Positions 50,003 through 58,219 of a stretch of 64,000 nt of DNA are shown here, piece by piece. A program made the translations under genes and the position numbers. This DNA is from Candidatus Latescibacterota bacterium. GTDB taxonomy: Bacteria; Latescibacterota; UBA2968; SICM01. How positions within the stretch are numbered: position 1 is the first letter of the stretch; each line of letters opens with the position of its first letter. The stretch spans positions 2,624,001 through 2,688,000 of the forward strand of contig CBDCJO010000002.1 of the NCBI GenBank assembly GCA_965217865.1. Direction: 5' to 3'. Below the pieces are notes generated by a model that was not told where the DNA came from, did not search any database, and was given only the letters and a program-made list of their open reading frames with translations.

Positions 50003-50868
50003 GTGCCCGAGAAGCTGAATGATTTAGAACGCATCATCTCCAAAAACCCGACCTCCTCTCTGTTTGCCAGGCTTGCTGACGCTTACCTCCAGTCAGGGGA
50101 TGTCGATCGCGCGATAGAGGTATGTGAGCAGGGTCTTCGGTATCGCCCATCTTATGTCAGCGGTCACGTGGTTCTGGGCAAGAGCCGTTTCTCCGCCGGG
50201 AGTTTGTGGAAGCTCGTCGGGCCTTCAACAAGGTGCTCCACCTCGACCCTCAACACGCGGTCGCCATCTGGTATCTCGGCAGGATCGATCGGGAGATGGG
50301 TTGGGACGATCTTGCCCTCCGAAACTTTCAGAAAGCTCAGGACCTGGATCCCCTCAGCAAAAGCCTGCAGATGAGTATCGACGAAATTCTCACTTCGATC
50401 TCAAACCGGATGGGGGAAAGGATCAGAGACGGGGTGGAGGAAGGAGAATTTGACGATGTCCCCGCCGTCGATCGATTGGAGTCTCAGTGCGCTACTGAGA
50501 TTCAAACCGCGGGAACGGAGGAAGGCGGAGTCAGGGGGACAGGGGACCCCCACCTGTTACCTGACCGTGGAATTGAGGACACTCCGGAGCCTGATAGGGG
50601 GAGGCCGGAGAGCGGAGCGAGCGATGGTGAAACCGCAAACCCAAAACGGGATTCAAAACTGGAGGGTCCGGCCAAAGACTCCGCGTCGGAATATTCCCCC
50701 ATCCATACGGCAACGTTGGCAGAGATCTTCGCTTCGCAGGGCCATACCGCCCGGGCCATCGCCATACTCGAGCGGGTCGTGGAAACGGAACCCGGAAACG
50801 CGAGAGTGCGTGATAGGATCAACACGCTAAAACAGGGAAAATCGGGCCTTCGACACATCGAGAAGTAG
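50003..50868 (+). CDS. TPR protein, frameshifted near 50200
   Basis: LFARLADAYL..G...AI..C..GL; adding one G at 50198-50200 gives FSAGEFVEARRAF; C-terminal TATLAEIFASQGH. Confidence 0.75.
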
Positions 50869-50898
50869 GAACTTCGATCCAGTTGCTGGAGAGTCGAG

Positions 50899-51456
50899 AT
50901 GATTTCGACCGGAGAATTCCGAAACGGAATGGTCTTGAATTATGAAGATCATCTCTATTCCATCGTAGAATTTCAACACGTAAAACCTGGCAAGGGCGGT
51001 GCATTCGTCAGGACTCGTCTTAAGAACATACGGACCGGTGCGACCATCACGCCCACCTTCCGGTCGGGTGACAAAGTGGAGGAGGTTCGTCTGGAGCGTC
51101 GGTCAATGCAGTATCTCTACGCTTCTGACGATGTCTACTATTTCATGGACCTCCAGAGTTATGACCAGATCCAGCTGAACAAAGAGTCCATCAGCAATTC
51201 CTTATCCTATCTGAAAGAAAACGATGTCGTCGATGTCCTTTTGGCGGACGATAAACCGATCGGCATACAGATGCCGAACTTCACAAACCTGAAGGTCGAA
51301 CAGGCCGAGCCAGGGGTCAAAGGGGATACGGCCGCTGGGGGGACAAAGGCCGCCCTCCTGGAGACCGGTCTGACCGTTCAGGTTCCCATGTTCGTCGAAA
51401 CGGGAGACACCCTTCGTATCGACACACGGACCGGAAACTACGTTGAAAGGGTGTGA
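50899..51456 (+). CDS. efp: Elongation factor P
   Basis: QHVKPGKGGAFVR, PGVKGDT, DTRTG.YVER. Confidence 0.97.
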   Translation: MISTGEFRNGMVLNYEDHLYSIVEFQHVKPGKGGAFVRTRLKNIRTGATITPTFRSGDKVEEVRLERRSMQYLYASDDVYYFMDLQSYDQIQLNKESISNSLSYLKENDVVDVLLADDKPIGIQMPNFTNLKVEQAEPGVKGDTAAGGTKAALLETGLTVQVPMFVETGDTLRIDTRTGNYVERV

Positions 51457-51480
51457 AACCCAACCTGTAATGAGAAGCCG

Positions 51481-51945
51481 GTGAGGATAACCAAGATCAA
51501 AACCCTTGTCCGGGAAATGGTGGGTCTGATTCAAGCTCACGGCCTCGATGAAATAGAGGTGGATTTTTCCATATTTGGCAGGAAGCGGATTCGGTTGGCC
51601 AAAAGGAGTGAGCGGCCTCAAAACTCGCCGCCGCCACAGGAAACCAACGAGAAGTCCGATTCCCCTCCGGAGGCGTCCCCCGCCGATTCTGAGGCAGATG
51701 GTTTCCATACGATCCACTCCCCCATGGTGGGCATGTTTTACCGCTCCCCATCCCCGGATGAGGCCCCATACGTGCGGGAAGGAGATCCGGTCTCTTCAGG
51801 TCAGGTCGTCTGCGTCATCGAAGCGATGAAAATCATGAATGAAATAGAATCCGATGCGAAGGGGAAGATCGTCCGCATCTTGGCGGAAAATGCCCAACCT
51901 GTCGAATACCATCAGCCCCTTTTCCTTGTAGAACCGACTTCATAG
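51481..51945 (+). CDS. accB: Biotin carboxyl carrier protein
   Basis: [17 protein letters not shown]. Confidence 0.95.
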   Translation: MRITKIKTLVREMVGLIQAHGLDEIEVDFSIFGRKRIRLAKRSERPQNSPPPQETNEKSDSPPEASPADSEADGFHTIHSPMVGMFYRSPSPDEAPYVREGDPVSSGQVVCVIEAMKIMNEIESDAKGKIVRILAENAQPVEYHQPLFLVEPTS

Positions 51946-51949
51946 GGGG

Positions 51950-53347
51950 ATGGTCCCTCCAAAATTGCCCCGAATTCCTGAGATCCCTTTGGACTCCAGT
52001 AAGGCCATAAAAAAAGTCCTTGTCGCCAACCGGGGCGAGATCGCCCTGCGTATCATAAGGACATGTAAAGAGCTGGGGCTCCAGACCGTAGCCGTCCACT
52101 CCGAAGCTGATGTCAATTCGCTCCACGTCCGATTCGCCGATGAAGATGTTTGCATCGGCCCTTCAAGTCCCGCTCAGAGTTATCTGAACATCTCCCGGAT
52201 CATCAGCGCAGCCGAGGTCACAAACGCGGACGCGATTCACCCCGGCTACGGCTTCCTCGCCGAGAATCCCGATTTCGCAGAGATATGTGAATCGTGTGGG
52301 ATCCGGTTTATCGGTCCCAGTGCCCAGACGATCCGGCAGATGGGCGACAAGGCATACGCACGGAAGGTGATGGAAGAGGCCGGTGTCCCCGTCATTTCCG
52401 GCACTGGAATTTTAGAGGACGGAGGTGCTGCACGTGAGGCTGCGGATCGCATCGGATATCCTGTCATTTTAAAGGCTGTTTTCGGCGGAGGAGGCCGGGG
52501 ACTCCGGATTATCAGAGAAGGGCAGGATAGTGAACGGGTCTGGCAGATTGCGGTTTCGGAAGCGGAATCTGCTTTCGGATCGGGCGCCGTCTACATGGAA
52601 CGCTACATCGAACAACCCAGACATATCGAGGTTCAGGTGCTGGGCGACCATTTCGGCAACCTGGTCCACATCGGTGAACGAGATTGTTCCGTCCAGAGAA
52701 GGCACCAGAAACTCATCGAAGTTTCGCCTTCTTCGGCCGTGAGCGAAAGTCTAAGGAACCGGATGGGAGAGGCGGCTTTACTGGGAATGCGGAAGGTGGG
52801 TTATCGAAACGCCGGCACCGTCGAGTTCCTGCTGGACGAGAGCGAACGGTTCTATTTCATGGAAACGAACACCCGGATCCAGGTAGAGCACCCGGTCACG
52901 GAGATGGTCACCGGCTTAGATCTGATCAAACTACAGATTCGAATCGCCGCAGGAGAACCGATCGGCCTGCGCCAGGAGGACCTGTCGCATTCCGGGTGCG
53001 CGATCGAGTGTAGAATCAACGCCGAGGATCCCAACCGTAATTTCCTCCCAGCGCCCGGTACCATCACCAGTGTTCACGTACCTGGAGGCCCTGAAGTGCG
53101 GGTGGATACCCACATCTACGCCGGTTATCGGGTCCCCTCTCAATACGACTCCCTCCTGGCCAAGTTGATCGTTCACGGAAGAGATCGCCAGGAGGCCATA
53201 AGCCGGATGGATCGATCCCTGGGGGAGTTCGTCATCGAAGGGATTCCGACCACGATCCCCTTTCATCAGGCTGTCATGAGACATCCTGATTTTATCCGGG
53301 GGGTGGTCCATTTGGGCTTCGTGGAGCGTCTGGGTTTCTCAGGTTAA
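51950..53347 (+). CDS. accC: Biotin carboxylase
   Basis: [37 protein letters not shown]. Confidence 0.96.
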   Translation: MVPPKLPRIPEIPLDSSKAIKKVLVANRGEIALRIIRTCKELGLQTVAVHSEADVNSLHVRFADEDVCIGPSSPAQSYLNISRIISAAEVTNADAIHPGYGFLAENPDFAEICESCGIRFIGPSAQTIRQMGDKAYARKVMEEAGVPVISGTGILEDGGAAREAADRIGYPVILKAVFGGGGRGLRIIREGQDSERVWQIAVSEAESAFGSGAVYMERYIEQPRHIEVQVLGDHFGNLVHIGERDCSVQRRHQKLIEVSPSSAVSESLRNRMGEAALLGMRKVGYRNAGTVEFLLDESERFYFMETNTRIQVEHPVTEMVTGLDLIKLQIRIAAGEPIGLRQEDLSHSGCAIECRINAEDPNRNFLPAPGTITSVHVPGGPEVRVDTHIYAGYRVPSQYDSLLAKLIVHGRDRQEAISRMDRSLGEFVIEGIPTTIPFHQAVMRHPDFIRGVVHLGFVERLGFSG

Positions 53348-53397
53348 TGGCCCGGAGGAATCGCCCCCGTCGTGCATTCGCGCCGAAAGGATCACGA

Positions 53398-53784
53398 ATG
53401 GCAAAAGTTCCGAAGGAATTGCTGTACACCGAACAACACGAATGGCTCTTGATGGAAGACGACCTGGGATCCGTGGGGATTACCGATTACGCTCAAACCG
53501 AATTGGGTGACATCGTATTTGTTGAACTTCCCCAGATCGGAGATCGCTTCGAAAAGGAGCAGCCCTTCGGAGCCGTGGAAGCGGTTAAGACCGTCGCGGA
53601 TCTGTTCGCCCCGGTTTCCGGAGAGATCGTTGAGGTTAATGAATCTTTGGAAGCGGATGCCGCTCAGGTGAATCAGGACCCCTACATCTCTGGATGGATG
53701 ATCAGGATGAGACTGGACAACCCTGAAGAGGTCAATGAGATGATGACTCCGGGGGAATATGAAGAGATGATCAAGGGCTTGTGA
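53398..53784 (+). CDS. gcvH: Glycine cleavage system H protein
   Basis: HEW, GITDYAQ.ELGDIVFVELP, EAVKT lipoyl Lys. Confidence 0.95.
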   Translation: MAKVPKELLYTEQHEWLLMEDDLGSVGITDYAQTELGDIVFVELPQIGDRFEKEQPFGAVEAVKTVADLFAPVSGEIVEVNESLEADAAQVNQDPYISGWMIRMRLDNPEEVNEMMTPGEYEEMIKGL

Positions 53785-53811
53785 AGGGCCACCCTGCGGG
53801 GCAAAAAGACC

Positions 53812-53840
53812 TTGACATAGGCCGTGGTTCCTCGTAATAT
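53812..53840 (+). promoter_or_regulatory. Sigma70-type promoter
   Basis: TTGACA-N17-TAATAT upstream of the HNH-scpA operon. Confidence 0.6.
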
Positions 53841-53929
53841 TCAAGAATTATAACACATAAATACAATCGTTTAACCCTAATTCCAGATTTCGAGCGCCGG
53901 ACAGGCAGTCAGAACTGTTTGGATGGAGG

Positions 53930-54442
53930 TTGGACACATTGCTTTCAAAGCAGGTTTTAGTCCTCAACCAGAGCTACGAACCGATTAATATCTGCAGTGT
54001 CCGCAGAGCGATTATTCTGGTCTTTCGAGGAAAGGCACAGATCGTGGAGAAGTCCGCCCAGGAACTCCACTCCGTAAGGAACCGATATCCGGTCCCCAGT
54101 GTCGTCAGGCTGTTCCTCTACATTCGCATCCCACATAAACAGATGGTACTTTCCAAGCGGAACATCGTGAAGCGAGATGGGCACCAGTGCCAATACTGCG
54201 GTTCTAGACACGGAACGATGACCGTGGATCACATCGTGCCCAGGACCCTGGGCGGAGGGGAAACCTGGGAAAATCTCGTATGTGCCTGTGCAAGATGCAA
54301 CAACGTAAAAGGAAACCGTTCCTTTGAACAGGCCGAGATGAATCTTATCAGAAGGCCACATCGGCCGAATCACGTGACCTTCATCAGAATTATGGTAGGC
54401 GTCCCGGATCAGCGCTGGAAACCATATCTTTTCATGGATTGA
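53930..54442 (+). CDS. HNH endonuclease (McrA-like)
   Basis: VLVLNQSYEP, RDGHQCQYCG, TVDHIVP...GG..WENLV.AC..CN..KG. Confidence 0.9.
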   Translation: MDTLLSKQVLVLNQSYEPINICSVRRAIILVFRGKAQIVEKSAQELHSVRNRYPVPSVVRLFLYIRIPHKQMVLSKRNIVKRDGHQCQYCGSRHGTMTVDHIVPRTLGGGETWENLVCACARCNNVKGNRSFEQAEMNLIRRPHRPNHVTFIRIMVGVPDQRWKPYLFMD

Positions 54443-54499
54443 AGGGCAAATATAGCACGATCCTGACTTCCTTTTCACGTTTCACGTCTCACGGTTTTT

Positions 54500-55318
54500 A
54501 TGATCGGACCGATCTCATTCCAGATAAATCCGGATACGGAGCCCTACGGTGTCCGCCTCTCGGTTTTCGAAGGTCCTTTGGATCTGCTCCTGTATCTGAT
54601 CCGAAGAAATGAGGTGGATATCTACGACATCCCGGTATCGGAGGTCACAAAACAGTATATCGAATACGTCGAGGTAATCCGGGATCTGAACCTCGAACAG
54701 GCCGGAGATTTCCTCCTGATGGCCGCAACGCTCATGAAGATCAAGTCCCAGATGTTGCTCCCCCGCCAGGAAGGCGAGGAAGAAGGGGAAGACCCCCGGG
54801 AAGAGCTCGTCCGTCGATTATTGGAGTACCGCCAGTGCAAGGAGGGGGCCGCGTGGCTTTACCGCCAGGAGGAATCTCACCGGGACGTCTATTACCGCGG
54901 CAAATTTGAAGACCCCATCTGGTCCGAACGCGGAACCCAGGACTCGAACGGCCTCTATAAGGTGACCCTGTTCGATCTATTGTCCGCCTTCAAAAACGCG
55001 CTGGATCACGTTCCAGCCGAACAATACCATCGCGTCGAGGAAATAGAGGTCTCCGTCGAGGAGCGCATCGTCTTTGTGGTAGAGGTCCTGGAGCGCAGAA
55101 AGCAGGTTCTGTTTCGGGATCTCGTCGCCGGAATACCCCGGACGGTGATGGTGGTGACCTTCCTGGCTTTGCTTGAGCTTCTCAAACGTCAGCGTATCAG
55201 TGCCCGTCAACAAGATCCTTATTCTGAGATATGGATCTACTGGAAGGAAGAACAGGCGGACGAAGCCTCGACAACCATCGATGAGGGGATGGATGATACG
55301 GATTCAACATCATCTTAA
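54500..55318 (+). CDS. scpA: Segregation and condensation protein A
   Basis: FEGPLDLLLYLI, FLLMAATL..IKS..LLP, TFLALLEL. Confidence 0.95.
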   Translation: MIGPISFQINPDTEPYGVRLSVFEGPLDLLLYLIRRNEVDIYDIPVSEVTKQYIEYVEVIRDLNLEQAGDFLLMAATLMKIKSQMLLPRQEGEEEGEDPREELVRRLLEYRQCKEGAAWLYRQEESHRDVYYRGKFEDPIWSERGTQDSNGLYKVTLFDLLSAFKNALDHVPAEQYHRVEEIEVSVEERIVFVVEVLERRKQVLFRDLVAGIPRTVMVVTFLALLELLKRQRISARQQDPYSEIWIYWKEEQADEASTTIDEGMDDTDSTSS

Positions 55319-55345
55319 TGTCCTTCGATACTGTGGATCGACCGA

Positions 55346-56188
55346 ATGACACCCGAACCCGGTGCTGCGAATGAGCGAGAGGAAACCGGTCCCGATGACC
55401 CACGACCAAAATCTCCGGAGGATGTCGACGGCCTGATAGGGGGAACACAACAGGTGGAATCCACGACCGGCCCGGACCATGCGGTGACGTTCGCCGATCG
55501 GGATCACCTTCACAATCGGTCAATCCTGGAAGCCCTCTTGATGGCTTCCGACGCTCCTTTGCAAATCGGCCGCATCCTCCCCGTTCTTGAAGATGCCGGA
55601 CCACGAGACGTTCGCGTATACGTCGATGAGCTTAACGCGGAATATGAAAATTCGGACAGGTCCTTCAGGATTACTGAGGTGGCCGGCGGGTTTCAGTTTG
55701 CGGTGGAAACGCGCTTCGCGCCGTTTGTCAGAAGGTTGTATGGGAACCGGTTGCCCGTCCGATTGTCTCAAGCAGCCATGGAGACGCTGTCGATTATCGG
55801 CTTCAAACAGCCGATCACCAGGACTGAGATCGAAGCCATCCGGGGTGTGAGCGTCGACTGGGTCATAAAAAGGTTGTGGGAGAACAACCTGATTCGGATC
55901 TCCGGGAGGGCTGAAGGGGTCGGCCGACCCCTCCTCTACGGGACGACACGAGAGTTTCTTCAGCATTTCGGTCTGCGCACCTTAGCCGACCTGCCGAAAA
56001 TGGGAGAATTGGAGGAACTGCTCAAGGATCGAGAAGGAGAATCGAACCTCGCGGAAAGAACGGCTGAACCGATTCCTGGCCCGAGCGGGGGTGGCCTCGA
56101 GACGGAAGAGCGATCGACTGATCCTGGAGGGGAGGGTAACGGTGAATGGGGCGGAGATGACGGCCCTGGGGAAGGAGATCGATCCTGA
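55346..56188 (+). CDS. scpB: Segregation and condensation protein B
   Basis: LSQAAMETL.II..KQPITR.EIEAIRGV, GRPLLYGTT..FL..FGL..L.DLP. Confidence 0.93.
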   Translation: MTPEPGAANEREETGPDDPRPKSPEDVDGLIGGTQQVESTTGPDHAVTFADRDHLHNRSILEALLMASDAPLQIGRILPVLEDAGPRDVRVYVDELNAEYENSDRSFRITEVAGGFQFAVETRFAPFVRRLYGNRLPVRLSQAAMETLSIIGFKQPITRTEIEAIRGVSVDWVIKRLWENNLIRISGRAEGVGRPLLYGTTREFLQHFGLRTLADLPKMGELEELLKDREGESNLAERTAEPIPGPSGGGLETEERSTDPGGEGNGEWGGDDGPGEGDRS

Positions 56189-56783
56189 TTCCGACCGTGT
56201 CCTCCTCGACGGAAAACCCGTCCATCCTAGATCCGGCTTTGTCTACATCCTGCTGAACAAACCGCCCGGCTATCTGGTATCCTTGGACGATCCACATCAT
56301 ACTTCGACGGTGTTCGACCTGCTGGGCGGGGTGGATCGGCGGGTATTCCCCGTGGGCCGACTCGATTTGGATACATCGGGTGTCCTGCTCTTCACCGATG
56401 ACGGTGAGCTCACCTTTCGGCTTTGTCACCCGAGTTTCGGGGTGGAGAAGACATACCTCGCCCGCGTAGAGGGAATTCCTGATTCGGAAACCATCCGGGC
56501 GCTCTCGGAGGGAATCGAACTCGGTGGTCGCACCACCGCCACCGCCCGTGTACATATCGGGGACGTCGACTCAGAGGGAGCCCTCCTCAGCCTCACTCTT
56601 CACGAAGGCCGAAAGCGACAGATTAAGCGGATGTGTAAAAGCGTGGGGCATCCGGTGAGATCTTTGGAGCGGACCGATTTTGGAAGTCTGACCGCAAAGG
56701 GGCTCGAACCGGGGGAGTGGCGCTACCTTTCCCTTCGAGAAATTAAAAGCCTTAAACAATTGGTCGAACTTATAGAACCCTGA
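56091..56783 (+). CDS. rluB: Pseudouridine synthase (RsuA/RluB family)
   Basis: S4 domain ASRRK, LNKPPG, PVGRLD, EGRKRQIKRM; homology extends upstream to about 56058 without a start codon. Confidence 0.88.
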   Translation: MASRRKSDRLILEGRVTVNGAEMTALGKEIDPDSDRVLLDGKPVHPRSGFVYILLNKPPGYLVSLDDPHHTSTVFDLLGGVDRRVFPVGRLDLDTSGVLLFTDDGELTFRLCHPSFGVEKTYLARVEGIPDSETIRALSEGIELGGRTTATARVHIGDVDSEGALLSLTLHEGRKRQIKRMCKSVGHPVRSLERTDFGSLTAKGLEPGEWRYLSLREIKSLKQLVELIEP

Positions 56784-56802
56784 CCATCACGCGGAAATTA
56801 AA

Positions 56803-57498
56803 ATGATCACCATCGCGATCGACGGCCCCGTGGCATCCGGGAAGAGCACCACGGCAAGGCTGTTGGCCCGAAAATTGGGATACCTTTACATCGACAGCGG
56901 AGCGATGTACCGCGCCGTTGCCCTCCAAGCCTTGCGTTCTGGTGTCGACCTGGATGACGGCGATGCGGTGAGTGAAATCAGTGCTGAAATCAAAATTGAT
57001 TTTTACGAAAAGTATAGCGAACAACGGATCCTTTTGAATGCAAACGACGTGACAGAGGCCATTCGGTCCCCCGAGGTCACACAGGCCTCCTCCCGCATCG
57101 CAGCCTTGAAAGGGGTTCGGGGTGTTCTGATCTCCCGGCAGAGGGACTTGGGCTCAAATGGCGGGGTGGTGATGGACGGCCGGGATATCGGAACGGTCGT
57201 TTTTCCCCAGGCCGAATTGAAGATCTATCTGGTTGCGAGACCGGAGATGCGGGCTCGGCGGCGGTATCAGGAGTTGCGAACGAAGGGACTGGATGTAGAT
57301 CTTCAACAGACAGAAAGGCAAATTCGCGAACGGGATACCTTCGATTCGGAAACCCAGGTCAGCCAGAACGGCGCCGTCCGGGCTCCGAACGCGATCGTAA
57401 TCGATACCACAAACCTCTCGATTCAGGAACAGGTCAATACAGTCCTTTCCCTCGCCCTGGATCGAGGCGCTTACGTGCCGGACTTTGCACAGGTGTAA
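56803..57498 (+). CDS. cmk: Cytidylate kinase
   Basis: IAIDGPVASGKST, DSGAMYR, MDGRDIGTVVFP. Confidence 0.96.
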   Translation: MITIAIDGPVASGKSTTARLLARKLGYLYIDSGAMYRAVALQALRSGVDLDDGDAVSEISAEIKIDFYEKYSEQRILLNANDVTEAIRSPEVTQASSRIAALKGVRGVLISRQRDLGSNGGVVMDGRDIGTVVFPQAELKIYLVARPEMRARRRYQELRTKGLDVDLQQTERQIRERDTFDSETQVSQNGAVRAPNAIVIDTTNLSIQEQVNTVLSLALDRGAYVPDFAQV

Positions 57499-57503
57499 TC
57501 GGC

Positions 57504-58121
57504 TTGATGTTCTACAGGGCCTGTTGGTGGATAGCCCTTTTACTCTGTAAGATTCTTTTTGGGCTCAAGGTCACGGGTGCCGGAAGAATTCCCGAGACTG
57601 GCGGAGTGATCTTGGCGAGCAACCATTGCAGTTATGCCGATCCCGTGTTCATCGGAGTCTCCACCCGGCGGGTTCTCCATTTTCTTGCCAAACAAGAAGC
57701 CTTCGGGTGGTTCTTCATCGGTCTTCTGATTCGAAGTTTAAACGCTTTCCCCATCAAGCGCGGCCTGGTGGACCTCAAAGCATTATCGGACGTGGAAGAG
57801 GTTTTGAGGGAAGAAGAAGCGGTCCTTTTGTTTCCGGAAGGAACCCGGAGCAAGGATGGGCGGTTGGGAAAGGCCAGACCCGGTGTCGGACTGTTGGGGT
57901 CCCGCACCGGCGTACCGGTCATTCCACTTTACATATCCGGTACAGCCCGTATTTTTCGTTCCCTGTTCGGACGGGTCGGGGTCCATTTTGGGAATCCCGT
58001 TTATCCCCGGGAATTTATCATACCGGACAACCGTAAAGAGACCTATCATAAAATAACGCAGGAAGTCATGAGGAGAATCGAAGAGATCAAAAAATCCGAG
58101 TGTCCCGACGGTTCGGGTTAG
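57504..58121 (+). CDS. plsC: 1-acyl-sn-glycerol-3-phosphate acyltransferase
   Basis: NHCSYAD (HxxxxD), FPEGTRS. Confidence 0.9.
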   Translation: MMFYRACWWIALLLCKILFGLKVTGAGRIPETGGVILASNHCSYADPVFIGVSTRRVLHFLAKQEAFGWFFIGLLIRSLNAFPIKRGLVDLKALSDVEEVLREEEAVLLFPEGTRSKDGRLGKARPGVGLLGSRTGVPVIPLYISGTARIFRSLFGRVGVHFGNPVYPREFIIPDNRKETYHKITQEVMRRIEEIKKSECPDGSG

Positions 58122-58219
58122 CGATTTCCCACATCGGCCGGCAGGTCGAACTGAAAGTGATTTTGCCGGCGTTTCCGACCTTGTACTGGTCGCACGAGCA
58201 GTCGCTTAAAGGAGAGGTC

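Noticed and set aside
53930-54442. HNH nuclease as a defence or mobile element
   Set aside because: Common stand-alone McrA-like family inside a housekeeping operon; no partner genes or mobility signs.
58122-58219. Hairpins in the rpsA leader as a novel ncRNA
   Set aside because: Short stems (CCGGCA/TGCCGG, CGACC/GGTCG) fit an ordinary structured S1 leader; not enough evidence for more.
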